Below are positions 45,343-56,753 of a stretch of DNA of 64,000 nucleotides, piece by piece. Position 1 is the stretch's first letter. The number at the start of each line of letters is the position of its first letter. The DNA is from Utricularia gibba (Eukaryota > Plantae > Magnoliophyta). The position numbers and the translations under genes are program-made. The stretch is from the NCBI GenBank assembly GCA_002189035.1, contig NEEC01000027.1, positions 310,001-374,000 on the forward strand. Direction: 5' to 3'. The notes below the pieces were generated by a model. It had not been told where the DNA came from and did not search any database. It worked only from the letters and a program-made list of their open reading frames with translations.

Positions 45343-46239
45343 CTAGGTGAAATAGTTCCTGTTAAAGCCGTCAATAATGGGGAATACCTGAGGTTGTTCT
45401 TCTCCGCGATGCTGTTCACTGTTCCTCTTATTGTCGCGGTTTCGATCAGACGGTGTGGGGAGTAGATCGCTAGAACTGAGATCAGGGAGATTAATCTCGC
45501 TGCTTAATCCGAATTCATCGGCCCCATCTATTTTGGGGTCTGATGAATTCCAGAACAGATGTTTTGGATTTGTTTGGAGGAGACTGTTTCTTAACGGATT
45601 TGGAAGGTTTTGGGGGATGGAGTGTTTGAAGTTGAGCAGAGGAGGGTTAAAGTTAGTAGATATGGGGTTTGAGTTCAGGTGAGCGAAGGAAGGAGAAGGG
45701 GTGGTGGGAAAAGCAGCCGCCGGAGAATGGAATTTCTGGATGAAGGGACGGCGGTTGTGGGCGGCGTCCGGTAAGGAGGACGCCGTACCGAAAAGATCAA
45801 ACCTGGTTCTCTGGAATGATGAATTGCTAAAGGGGTGTGCAGGAATTCCCGTAAATTCTTGAACCATGGCTCTGAAATTGGTGGTGTCTGTAGTCAGAAC
45901 AGTTGTTGGTGCCCGCCTGGAGGCTCTGGATCTTTTCTTCGGATTACGCGCCGCCACGGGATTCGTGAAGTCCAGCGCCGGCGGCGGTTGAAACGTGGCC
46001 GAGTCACCGGACAGCGTGCCGCCATGATACGGGTCGGGTCTCATCGATGTGGATCCGGGCCAGAGCGAATTCGGTTGAATATGCGTGTCGGTATTACATA
46101 GCGTGTTGGACTGGGGATCGAAGAACGACGGCGGTGGCAAAGGACTGGAAACAGGGCGGGCGTTTAAGGCGGCGCGTAGTTGATAATCGTCGTCACCGCG
46201 GCTCGATGACTGCAAACCCCCACCTCGATCAGAATCCAT
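45343..46239 (-). CDS. VQ motif-containing protein, intronless
   Basis: ATG at 46239 (MDSDRGGG...). KKRSRASRRAPTTVLTTDTTNFRAMVQEFTG contains the FxxxVQxxTG motif. Confidence 0.93.
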   Translation of the reverse strand: MDSDRGGGLQSSSRGDDDYQLRAALNARPVSSPLPPPSFFDPQSNTLCNTDTHIQPNSLWPGSTSMRPDPYHGGTLSGDSATFQPPPALDFTNPVAARNPKKRSRASRRAPTTVLTTDTTNFRAMVQEFTGIPAHPFSNSSFQRTRFDLFGTASSLPDAAHNRRPFIQKFHSPAAAFPTTPSPSFAHLNSNPISTNFNPPLLNFKHSIPQNLPNPLRNSLLQTNPKHLFWNSSDPKIDGADEFGLSSEINLPDLSSSDLLPTPSDRNRDNKRNSEQHRGEEQPQVFPIIDGFNRNYFT

Positions 46240-47969
46240 ATCATTATCCCTCGTCTCAGACGCACAAGAAAGCCATTCCTGCAGAGAATACAACAGATTA
46301 AGCACAACGACTAAGAAACCCACAAAACATCACAGCATAGGTCCCGAAAATCAACACAAAAAGTTACCGATACCCCTTCCACCAACCAGCATCAACTCGG
46401 GAACTAGGGTTTAGAACGGAGATGACGCGAAAGGCCCTGCCCAGAAAATTTTTTTTCTGAGAAAAAGTTTACAGTGGGGCCCTGTAGATGGAGGGGAAGA
46501 AGGCTTAGAAGGGAAAGGCGATGCGGAGACTATTCTCCTTTTCATCTCTTTTTGGCCTATAGAATTTACAGTGTGAAAGCTTTGAAATATGCGAATTTTC
46601 CACACAATAAATTCATTAATATCACCAAAAAAACGATTTATAAGGTATTATCATTCAATCGCGTTTTATATCATAAAATATTTTTAATAAGTAATATTTC
46701 GTAAAATATTTCACAATAGATTTTGAATCAACATCGCAAGAGTCCAAAACTGGTGTATGAGTCAATCTTCTACGGAATTTCCTTTCTTTTTTTGTCTGGT
46801 CTTTGAAATTCCCGCATCTTTTCCAAAAACCTATACCATGCTCAGTACCATCTAAAGTTTAAAAATTTTGAGGTTAGATTTTCATTAGAAAATATTTTTT
46901 GAAATTTTAAAAATATTAAATTTAAATTATTTTTTATTTTTAATATATTATTATAATAGATTGAAAGGAAATGATTGATGCCCTCTAATTTATTTATATT
47001 TTTTAAGTGGATGATTAATTCATCCAAAATAATAATAAAAAAATTTACGTTGCCGGCCTTTCGGTGCTCAAATCGAATCTCCCTTTATATACTTTTTCTC
47101 TTTACCATAACACATCGAATTTCATGATTTGAAATTTCACTCGTGAAATTTGAGATATTTCTTTTTTTATTTGGGAATTTCGTTGCCTTTCCAAATTAAG
47201 AACGGGATGCAACCCCGGGTTTCCAAAATGAATATTATTTCATAAATTATGATTAATAATAAATTTTGCCTGATGCATTTAGTTTAGTATGGAAAAAATG
47301 CTATCTGCTTCACTAGATGGTGACTTTTGGACACGTATTAATGGCCCTATCGTAGGCAACAAAATTCAAGCCCAATTGTTCCTTCCACTAAGATAATTAT
47401 TATATTTAAGTTTTTAATTAACCGTTTTGCCCCCATCGTGTCGTCTGATGGTTTGCCCGATCAATACCACTTTAAAGTTTATTGAATTAATGTCTCCATT
47501 AATAGAAAAGGAAATAAAGATAACACTAGATATTATGAACCTGATTCAAAAAATGTATAAGATTAAAATTATTATCATTCAATTTTATAATCATAATTAT
47601 GAATATTTAATCATTTTATTTTTATAACTAGCTGGTAAAAAGCATATACACCAAAAAAGGACAATGCTTTCAAAATATATTAGTGGATTCTTAACAATGG
47701 TTTAGTGAAAATTGCCTGTGGGCATTGTGGAGTTGCTACAAATAAGGAGCTCCTCCCCTTTTATGGTTGGCTTTCTCGCAGGTCCTTGTTCGGTGTTGGG
47801 GAAGAGGCCAGAGGATTCACCAACCCAGAAAAAGATCAAGATTCGAGTGCTGTTGTTTCTTTTCACCGTGTCATTACTATTATTTTATCAGGTTTGAGAG
47901 AAAGTTTTGATCTTGCTTTGTTTTAGGAAAGCTGCTGCATGCTTCTTCTTGTAAGGATCTTGACGTGTT

Positions 47970-49923
47970 ATGGGAGAAGTTTCTCCTGAGAGGAAATCAG
48001 GGTGTGGCCTGTTGAGCGTGGTTTTTGGTTGGCCCAGAAAAGAACAAACCCGAAATGTTTCACAAGTGTCGAATTCTCCGGCAGGGACGACGGCGCAGCA
48101 AAATGTCGGCCAGCATAACGTAGAAATTGATGTTAGGGAGAAGGATAGGATAATTTCCAGGCCTGGTAACAGCTACACTAAACCACGTCCTTGGCAGAAC
48201 CAGGGCAGCCATCACGCAGAAATTTATGATCATCCTGCGAGAAGTCAACTGCCCCCAAAAGTTGCTCACGGCGACATCGGGCTTTCCGGGGAACTCGATA
48301 GGATGATCAATGACCACCAGGGAACGAAGGATGCTGGTAGATTACTCAGGGCTTCTTCAGGGAATGTGATGTTGTTGAGTAGTTTGGGTAATTTAAGGCA
48401 GAGTGGAAGAACGGAAACAGGGGCTGCTGCAAATGTTTCAGGGAACTATGTGCCTCAAAATGCTGTGAACAGACAGAGAGCTGAATCCGAAAAGCCGGCC
48501 TCCCTTTGCCGCGCCTTGTCGACAAGAATGGATCCTGAGCAGTTGAAGATCATGGGAAACGAAGATTACAAGAATGGCAGATTTGCAGAAGCTGTTGCTC
48601 TTTATGATGCAGCAATTTCTGTAGACCCAAATAAGGCTTCCTACAGAAGCAACAAAAGTGCTGCATTGACCGCCATGGGCAAGCTCATTGACGCTGCATT
48701 TGAGTGCAGGGAAGCTATAAGAATCGACCCGTTTTACCAGCGTGCACATAACAGGCTAGCATCCCTTTATGTCAGGTTAGCTTTTGCGGCTCCGGTGGCA
48801 TGTCTACTCCATTGCTCTTTTTTGAACTCTCATGCTCTGTTCCGCTCTTGGGATCATGTCACAGATTAGGAGAAGTTGAGAATGCTGTTTATCATTTCAA
48901 ACAGGGCGGCTCAGACGCTGACCCTGATGTCGTGAACAAGGCCAATAAAGTTCGTGCGCATTTGGAAAAATGCACAGAGGCCAAAAGACAGAGAGATTGG
49001 AACTTCCTTTTGAAAGAATCCAGTCTTGCAATTGCAGCTGGAGCAGATTCTGCGCCATTGGTACGATGCTTTTCTTCACCACTACAGTAAAATAAATTTC
49101 CTTCTTCTTCTTATTCTGATTGTTTGATTTCTCTGCATAGATATACGCTTTGAAAGCTGAGGCGTTGTTCAAGCTAGACAAGCACCAGGAGGCCATGGAA
49201 ACTGTAGCAAATGGTCCTCACTTCAACATCGATGACTGCATGAAGTTCTTCGGCCCCATTGGAAGCTCAAGTTTGCTGCTAATACATGCTCAGATTCACT
49301 TGGTTGAAGGCCGGTTAGAGTTTTGTTTCTTATTACTAGCATCAAAGATGCAACTTCTGCATCATGGGATACGTAATACTGCAGATTCGATGATGCCGTG
49401 GAAGCAGCGCAGCGCGCATCCCGACTCGATCCCAACAACAAAGAAGCAAGCACGGTGTGCAGGAAAACAAGGGCTGTCGCCATAGCCAGATCAAAGGGGA
49501 ACGAGCTATTTAAGTCAGCAAGATACTCAGAGGCGTGCAATGCTTATGGCGAAGGCCTGAACCATGATCCCTGCAATGCGGTCTTGCTATGCAACAGAGC
49601 AGCCTGCTTGTCTAAACTTAGTCAGTTCGCTAAAGCAATAGAAGATTGCACCTCCGCTCTTAACACACGCCCCGCATACTCAAAAGCTCGATTGCGACGA
49701 GCTGATTGCTATGCAAAGGTGGCTGCTTTGGACAACAATACACACATCTTTCCGACTGTTGTCTACTCTTAAGTCATTTTTTATTACATCGGTTGTGCTG
49801 CAGATGGAGAAGTGGAGTGCCTGTTTGCAGGATTGTGAAGTGCTGGTAAGAGAAAACCCAGATGATGAGGAGCTGCAGCTGATTATGAAGAAAGCTAGAG
49901 CAGAATTAAACAAGTCTCAGTAG
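47970..49923 (+). CDS. TTL-family TPR-repeat protein, apparently without the C-terminal thioredoxin-like domain, 5 exons
   Basis: MGEVSPERKSGCGLL...; SLCRALSTRMDPEQLKIMGNEDYKNGRFAEA; YRSNKSAAL; GADSAP; ARSKGNELFK...LLCNRAAC; the fifth exon stops at AELNKSQ* (49923). Confidence 0.9.
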
Positions 49924-50052
49924 TTTACCGAGTTTTATGTCTCTTTTCAAACACCAAACTGGAAAAAAAGGTCCCTTTTTTTAGATCATTACAAGAAGTA
50001 GGAAAGATGTTCAAACACAGCAAGTGCATTATTTCATCTGTCATATCCACAA

Positions 50053-50602
50053 TCACAGAGAGTAGAAAGTGGGCAAATCGCTGCGACCAGCTCTGATCTT
50101 GGTACCACAGTCATTTTTGAAAGCGTAGAGACGATAAGGAGAAACGTCCGTCGCCAGCCACTGATTGATACTGAATCTGTGCGCAGTACAGTTCTTCCCC
50201 CACCCTTTTACACCGACCTCAAGAGCGAGGCAGTTCCAGCCGGCGTGTCTGCCGGTGCCGTCAGATGTGAGATTCAGAGCACAAATTGGGGCTTTCAAGC
50301 AAGGCCCTGAGCCGCTGAAGATATCAATGTTTCCTCTCTCGAAATAATCGTAGCCGTTGGGCATCAAGCCCCCCCATTTCTCGAGATTTGGAGTTGGTGC
50401 CGGCGCCGATTATGTACCCCGTGCTCACGTATACTGAATACACGCAATCTGGAGCCTACAAGAAGACATACCTTATACACATATCCCAAATCTTGTTCGC
50501 ATCCGGTTCATGCATCATGAAAACAATTACACTTACAGCGGCGGAGACGGAGAGGAGACAGGAAAGGACAAAGAAGTAGCAGGAGACGCGCCTGGCCTCC
50601 AT
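50053..50602 (-). pseudogene. PLAT/LH2-domain protein gene (PLAT1-like) with a frameshifting internal deletion
   Basis: Exon 1 (50602-50537) encodes a signal peptide. Exon 2 from 50455 reads APDCVYSVYVSTGYIIGAGTNSK. The conserved continuation PNLEKWGGLMPNGYDYFERGNIDIFSG...CALNLTSDG...QWLATD is in another frame, and the usual linker between the two blocks is absent. Confidence 0.75.
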
Positions 50603-51689
50603 TTTCGTACGGCCGCCAATGCTAAGGAGCAATCATGTGTTGCTGATAAATAGCCGGTGACTGAGCTGAGCCCATTGTAATTTAGACAAATATCAGTTTT
50701 ATTAAATTTATTTCCTTTTATAATTAAACATTTTAACTATATTACTAGTATGATAGGTACAATATGAACGCATAAAAAAAACCAAATAAATAGTTGTACT
50801 GCGTTGGAAAATAAATAGAAGAAAAAAGGAATATGCGTATGTTAGTTTTGATTGGTGGTAGTTGGCAGTTGGGTATTATCAATTAGGGATTTTTATATAA
50901 TAATCAGTGGACCCCACAATTTAATTACTCCACGTCATCCTCCTACATATTGGACGGCAGGCCTTACCGACGAATTTCAAACAAGGGTCCCAAAATAAAA
51001 ATTAGAATCAAAGACGCGGGTTAGGGAATAGTCAAAGCCAGATATTATTTTTTAAAAAAAATGATCTCCATTTTTGGTGATCACATTAAGAAATATCAAT
51101 TATATGCTCGGAAAATGCTGGTGGATTCATTAAACTTTATTGGAGATTAAATAATTCGGAAGAGATTATTCAACTGGGCCGTGGATGAAGGAGGAGAGTA
51201 TATTCAGTTGGGCTGTTTTTTCTCTTGGGCTTTTCTTCAAGACTATAGTTTTAGTCCAGAATGGAGAACGATCCATTTAGAGGATGAAATGATGGGGATG
51301 GAGTTCCAGAATCGGTCGTCGGAAGGACAGACACATGGCCGCGACGGTCTCGGTGAATGTAGGTTCTTGTTTCCGTCACGGTTGTTGATTCTGAATATTT
51401 TCTTTGAAAAATTAGGGCGGTCTTGTGTTTTGTGGCGTCGAACGGTGGAGCAACAGGAGAGAGGCTTGATTGATTCGGTTGGAAAAATGCAGTGATTGTT
51501 TTTGCGGCAGGTATGTAAGGGTTTTCGTAACTTATCAAAGAATGATTTTATCTGAATAATCAGTGTCATGACTATCTACGATTTCTAATCACTGTACATC
51601 AATGAATTGGATACTAATTACATGAAAGAATGGGATTTGTGAAAGCGAGATTGAAGCTATAGCGATATCTTCTGTCAATTGCAGAGGCG

Positions 51690-52921
51690 TCATCGAATCA
51701 GTGACCTTGTATGCCTTAGCAGATTGTTCAATGGGCGGCTACTGGCGTATGTGAGTATGCTATTCTTCATTCTATCTGTCATCTGTCGTGTTTTCAATCC
51801 GCATCATTATCAAAGTGCCTGAAATTGTTTCAGATTCAAAACTTTATGCAAATGTACTCACCCTTCGCAGTCTTTCTCTGGCGTACGGAGGTGGCCTGTG
51901 ATGTGCTGACGAAGTTGAAGGCGCAGATTTTCGTTTAGATTCTTCTCTCCCTCTTACTGGTGAGTTCTTGATGATCTTCAAATTTTCGGCATATGCCTGC
52001 TCCAGGCTTCTGCTTCTCGTAGTCACGGAGGGATTGTTTAGATACTGCTGCTTGTTTATCACTCCTGGAGGCAAGCTTGATTCCTGGGAATATGCTTCTT
52101 TCTTCATTTTGATGCTCATCTCAGAAGGACGCAAAAGGGAATAGTACATCGATAGAGTTGGTACCAGGAATAATACAGTTGCACAATGCTTCATGACTTC
52201 TAAGTTCATTCTTGCATCTTCCAGGCTCCTGAATACAAGTCATGTTTCTTAAATGAGATTTTTTTTTTGCTGGGTTTGGTAAAATAGTAATAGTAATCGT
52301 AGGTTCAGCTAGATTCAACATCATATGTTTTCTGAGCCATTGAAAAACTTTGCAGGTACCTGTGGATCTGCTCGCCAAGACCAAAATAGGCTGCCAATGT
52401 GGCCATCTGAAGAGGAGATAGATAGGGACCGTGTTAGATATAAACTACAGAAAACGTTCAAAAATGTGGAGGACCTTCATATTCCCAGCCCTCCTTCCAA
52501 ATTTAGATGTCAGCACTCCCAGAGAATCTATGATCCCGGCGGGAGACGGTGGGGTTTGGTTGATTTCAGCGAAGGCTTCTCTGATTCGAACACAATCGAA
52601 GCGTTGAATGTTATGTCCAGCCCATATTCTGCCATCAAGAACCTTGAATATCTTCTCAGCAACCTCCTCAAACAGCGGTGCACCAGCTACATGTGCTCGG
52701 GTAATCCCCTGGTTCCTCCCTGATCTAACCGGAACAACCGTCAAGTCCACCGGCCTGATCAATGTGCAGAAGCTTTCCAGTTCCATCAACTTCCTGGGAC
52801 ACACGACGATCGCCCCGAATTCCAGGATGCTGAAGCCTTGCCCAGCTCTCAGCGGTACGTTCGTCTCTATGTCAAAGAACACAATCTCAGGAGGCGGGGT
52901 ATTCACCTCTCTTCCGGCCAT
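51690..52921 (-). CDS. NEN4-like DEDDh exonuclease-domain protein, 5 exons
   Basis: EIVFFDIET (ExoI), WAGHNIQRFDC (ExoII), MATLAAYFGLG.../HR/SLEDARMNLEV (ExoIII). The last exon, recovered by hand, reads MTDRMKNSIL...LNNLLRHTRSLIR*. Confidence 0.9.
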
Positions 52922-53692
52922 CTTCCTTCCCCAATTGGCTTTCCGAGGGAAACGGGTTCGAAGTTTTATAAAAGGGGAAATGCATGGAAGCACAAAATGG
53001 AATATTCTTGACATGCAGAAGGGATTGATTGTCTTGTAATTCAAGTCAATCTCATCCTGCAATCTGTTGATGAAACGCCAGGAAACCGCGCAATGGCCAA
53101 GGCGTGGTGATCCTCCTCTTTCGGTTACCGTGAGCACCTGAGAATGAGTTAACGGGTGAAGCGGGGAACCCCCCGGACATCATCTGTCACACGTTACCCC
53201 TCTTCCCAACAGGTAAATAACCAGAATCAAGGACGCCACCATGCCCGTCCACGTCATCCTGAAATTTTCAACACTTTTAATTGAGTCCACGTGAGCCTTC
53301 TTTGCAAAATCAGAATCCAAGGTTACAAAATCTGATGCACAATCGCATTTGGTCGTGATTCTGGGATATCATGTGATTTATCCCAGTGGGCTGTATCAGT
53401 ATCTTTCACCAATACCCATTTATGTGTAAATGTCCTCATTAGGAGCCTTAACAAGATGATCGACGGTTTGACCGAACTGCCTTATTTCCAGCTTCAACAT
53501 GCGTAGTCAGCCTTTGTAACCTGTGGCTGGATCTCTGAATGGTGGCAAGCTTCGATTGGAATTGATGAGTACATAATTTATCGTTCTAAAAAATTATATC
53601 GTGAATAAATTTTCTATTTATAAATTGAATATACATGATTTATTTTATCTCTTAAAATAATTTTTTTTTACTGATTAAAAAAAAAGTGTCCA

Positions 53693-53708
53693 CGTGTGTG
53701 TGTGTGTG
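53693..53708 (+). repeat. (GT)n microsatellite
   Basis: cgtgtgtgtgtgtgtgt in the NEN4/MADS intergenic region. Confidence 0.85.
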
Positions 53709-54035
53709 TTTTTACCTAAAATTAATTTAGTGATTTTACAGGAACATCCTTGAAGTAGCACAAGTCAATGCAGGCGAGTTTGATGGATCCTCTTCTCTTT
53801 GAATGTATTAACAGCAGTGGCAGATTTTTCATGGATTTCCTGCGTAAATAACCGTACGATATACGAATTCCTGCAATCCCGGCACGGAGGAGTGTACAAG
53901 AAAGCATGCCCTGTACTCTAACCTTGGGACCGTCATCAACTCCTGGTGATTCAAACGTATTTACGATGTTAATGCATCGGTCTCTCTATATATTCGGGGC
54001 GTGCTCTGGAGTGCGGTACGGTCATCGTGTCGAAG

Positions 54036-55954
54036 ATGGGGCGGAAGATCGAAATAGAGAAGATCGATGACGCGACGAAATGCCAGGTGACGTTCTCCAA
54101 GCGCAGGACGAGTCTCATTCGGAAGGCTCATGAGATCGCAGTTTGCTGCGATGTGGACGTCGCCTTCATCGCCTTCTCCCCATCCGGCCGCATCACCAAG
54201 TACTCCAATCGAAAGAGGTTTGATTCCTAACTCTGCGTACGACTCCACTTCACTCTATGAACTCAAAATCTTGATTACAGGATCGAGGATGTCATCCAGC
54301 GTTATGCAGATCTTCCCATCGACATGAGACTCAAGTAAACAAAAATATTTTTTTTGTATGAGTATTTCTAATAAATTGGAGAAAAAAATGGAACCCTCGC
54401 TCACTCTTGCCATTTTGTTCATGGGTCATCAGCCAAATCAGCGATGCACAGGTAAAAGAAAAAAAAAATCGTTAGAGTTTCTGGGATTTTTCGTCATGGA
54501 TATGCTTAACTGTACAGGGAAGGATTCAACAGTTGAGGCATCTTGATCATTTCACGAGCGACAGCAGCAAGCTACATTTTCTTGAGAAACAGTTCAGTTT
54601 CCGTTTATCCTCTCAGTAGTTAAATGCTTAATGTTGTGCAAAATTTTGATCTTTTTCTGGTTATTTGTCGGATGTCGATTATGATTCCATGGGCGTCGTG
54701 TACCAAAATTCAGAATTGAGGTACTCGTCTCTTGGCCTACCCAACTCTATCATGATGCTTAGTTAATATAACTGGAATCTTAGTTTTCTTTTTTTTGTAA
54801 TCAGAACCTTGAGCTTCAGATCAAAAAGGGAGAACTTGAGTTGCAAATACTTGAAGCCAACCTGAGGTGAGAAAACAAAACCTTGAGTTTCAAATAATCC
54901 ATGAAAAATGCATGTAACGAGGATAGTGTTTTTGACATTGGCCAGGGACTTCGAGCTGGAGCCGGGGGAAGAACTTTCACTGCATCGTTTATCCTGGTGC
55001 GAGCGAAACCTGTGCACTTCCCTAGACAAAGTCATGGCTGCAAGAGTCAGTGCTGTTCTTCCTTTTCCCCTTTACACAAGTAATGTACGGAGGCACATGT
55101 AATGAAGAATGTAGCCTGCTACTCTATCCCTAGGCAAATTTGAACGGGAACGGCGAAATCGCGACAACGAATCTTGGCTTTCCTGGTCAGCTGATGATGG
55201 AGTTGGATCCTTGGATCAGCCCGTATAAGTAATCTTCTCCAGTCACAAGACCCTCCTTGTAAATTCTTTATCTTCTTCAGGCATGCCCTGACTTCATCTG
55301 GTTATAGCAACAAAGTTCGGGAGAGCTTGATGCACAGTCTGGTGGAGAAAGGAGCAGGCTACCACGGAAGGAATCAGGATCAATGGAGACCCGACGCCCA
55401 TGTTTACGCCACGAACGAGGATCTACATACGTCGAATCTCGGTTGTCTAGAGCCGTACGATGTTCACCATCAGCAATCGAATGCTTCCGCGACGTTCGCA
55501 TGTAACTTTCAGGTTCCAGGTTCGGAGGCCGAGTTTTCACCGGCACCTGAACCATTGCCGGCCATTGGAAATCCGATCTTCCTCGATACGAGCCCGTGCG
55601 GCGTCGCTCATTTTGTCGACAGGGGGACGAGGCCACGTGATAATGCTGATTTCAGTGGAGCAATGAGTGCAATAAGCAGCACCCCTAATCCTCAGCCTCG
55701 AGCACATTCTCAGACAGAACCGCTGTACCTCGCTAAGGTAAGAATTCTTACAGACGATGTTTTCATTCAGAAAATCTGTGAGAAGTTTTCTGTCTGATTT
55801 TTCACTCACCATGGTATGCCACTCTCAGTTGGCTTGCAGTACGTTATGGATGTCGAGAGCGGGAGACTTGTCTGAATGGGACACGACATTTCGCGACGAT
55901 AACTCTCTGTGGTTCGATTCCTCGAGGAATGAGCTTAACCAGGTGTTGGAGTAA
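54036..55954 (+). CDS. Divergent MIKC*-type MADS-box transcription factor (AGL66/AGL104-like exon architecture)
   Basis: MADS box MGRKIEIEKIDDATKCQVTFSKRRTSLIRKAHEIAVCCDVDVAFIAFSPSG, then RIEDVIQRYADLP, several short exons, and the K-region exons NLELQIKKGELELQILEANLR/DFELEP...LSWCERNLCTSLDKVMAAR. The middle exon joins are uncertain. Confidence 0.8.
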
Positions 55955-56753
55955 ACAGGATTCTGGATACGACACAGCTTCTAATGGTTCATTACATGCT
56001 GAGTCATACCAAAGCAATTTTATTCACATGTTGGTATTCCAATGTAATAAATGGATTTGATATTTTTGGAAACAAATAAATGTCCGAAAATGGAATTGTT
56101 GCCAATAAAAGTAAAAAAAGTAGAACACTATATTTGGGTAAACGGGCTTGGTTGGCGGGCCTAGGGTGGAGAGGCCCATAACGTGAAAAGGGTAAAATGG
56201 GTAAAGGCCACGGCCGGAGATCCAGAGCTTTCAGATCGACCCCGTAAATCAGTGCCCTAGCTTACGGGGTTATCCCCCATTTCAACATCGGCGTACGAAA
56301 GAGTTGTTCATTTCGTGCTTCTTGATATGTTTGGCCGTAAATCTGTATTTGATTTTGTTTTTTGATAGTCTTTTCGTGTTTTGATGGAACTAGGGCTTTG
56401 AGTCTCCACACATTGTTCCGGAGGAACTGTGCGATTTGTGAAATATTCAAGTTCAATCTTGTAAGTGTTTTGATATCCAATTTTCTTCTGGATTTTCGTC
56501 TTTTTACTGTGAGAAATTTGTTGCGGCAATTTTCTTCAAGTACGCTTTACCGTTGCTGATTCCGGGTTTCAGAATGTACGACTTCTCGTAAAACAGGTTG
56601 AGGCCTTGATGCTCATTTTAACTGGTGTTTCAAAACTCGGATTTGCATGCTTCTTGAGCTTTTTTTTTTTTTCAAACGGCTCTTGGGTGCTGAAAAATAA
56701 TGCTCCTGCTCTAACTCCTCCCCCTGTTTTCAGGGAAAACTTGACTATACAAA

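Noticed and set aside
52445-53137. 72-aa N-terminal extension of the NEN4-like ORF (and similar extensions for the VQ, GH17 and epoxide hydrolase ORFs)
   Set aside because: Several begin at GTG/TTG or in UTR-like sequence; family similarity starts only at the downstream ATG.
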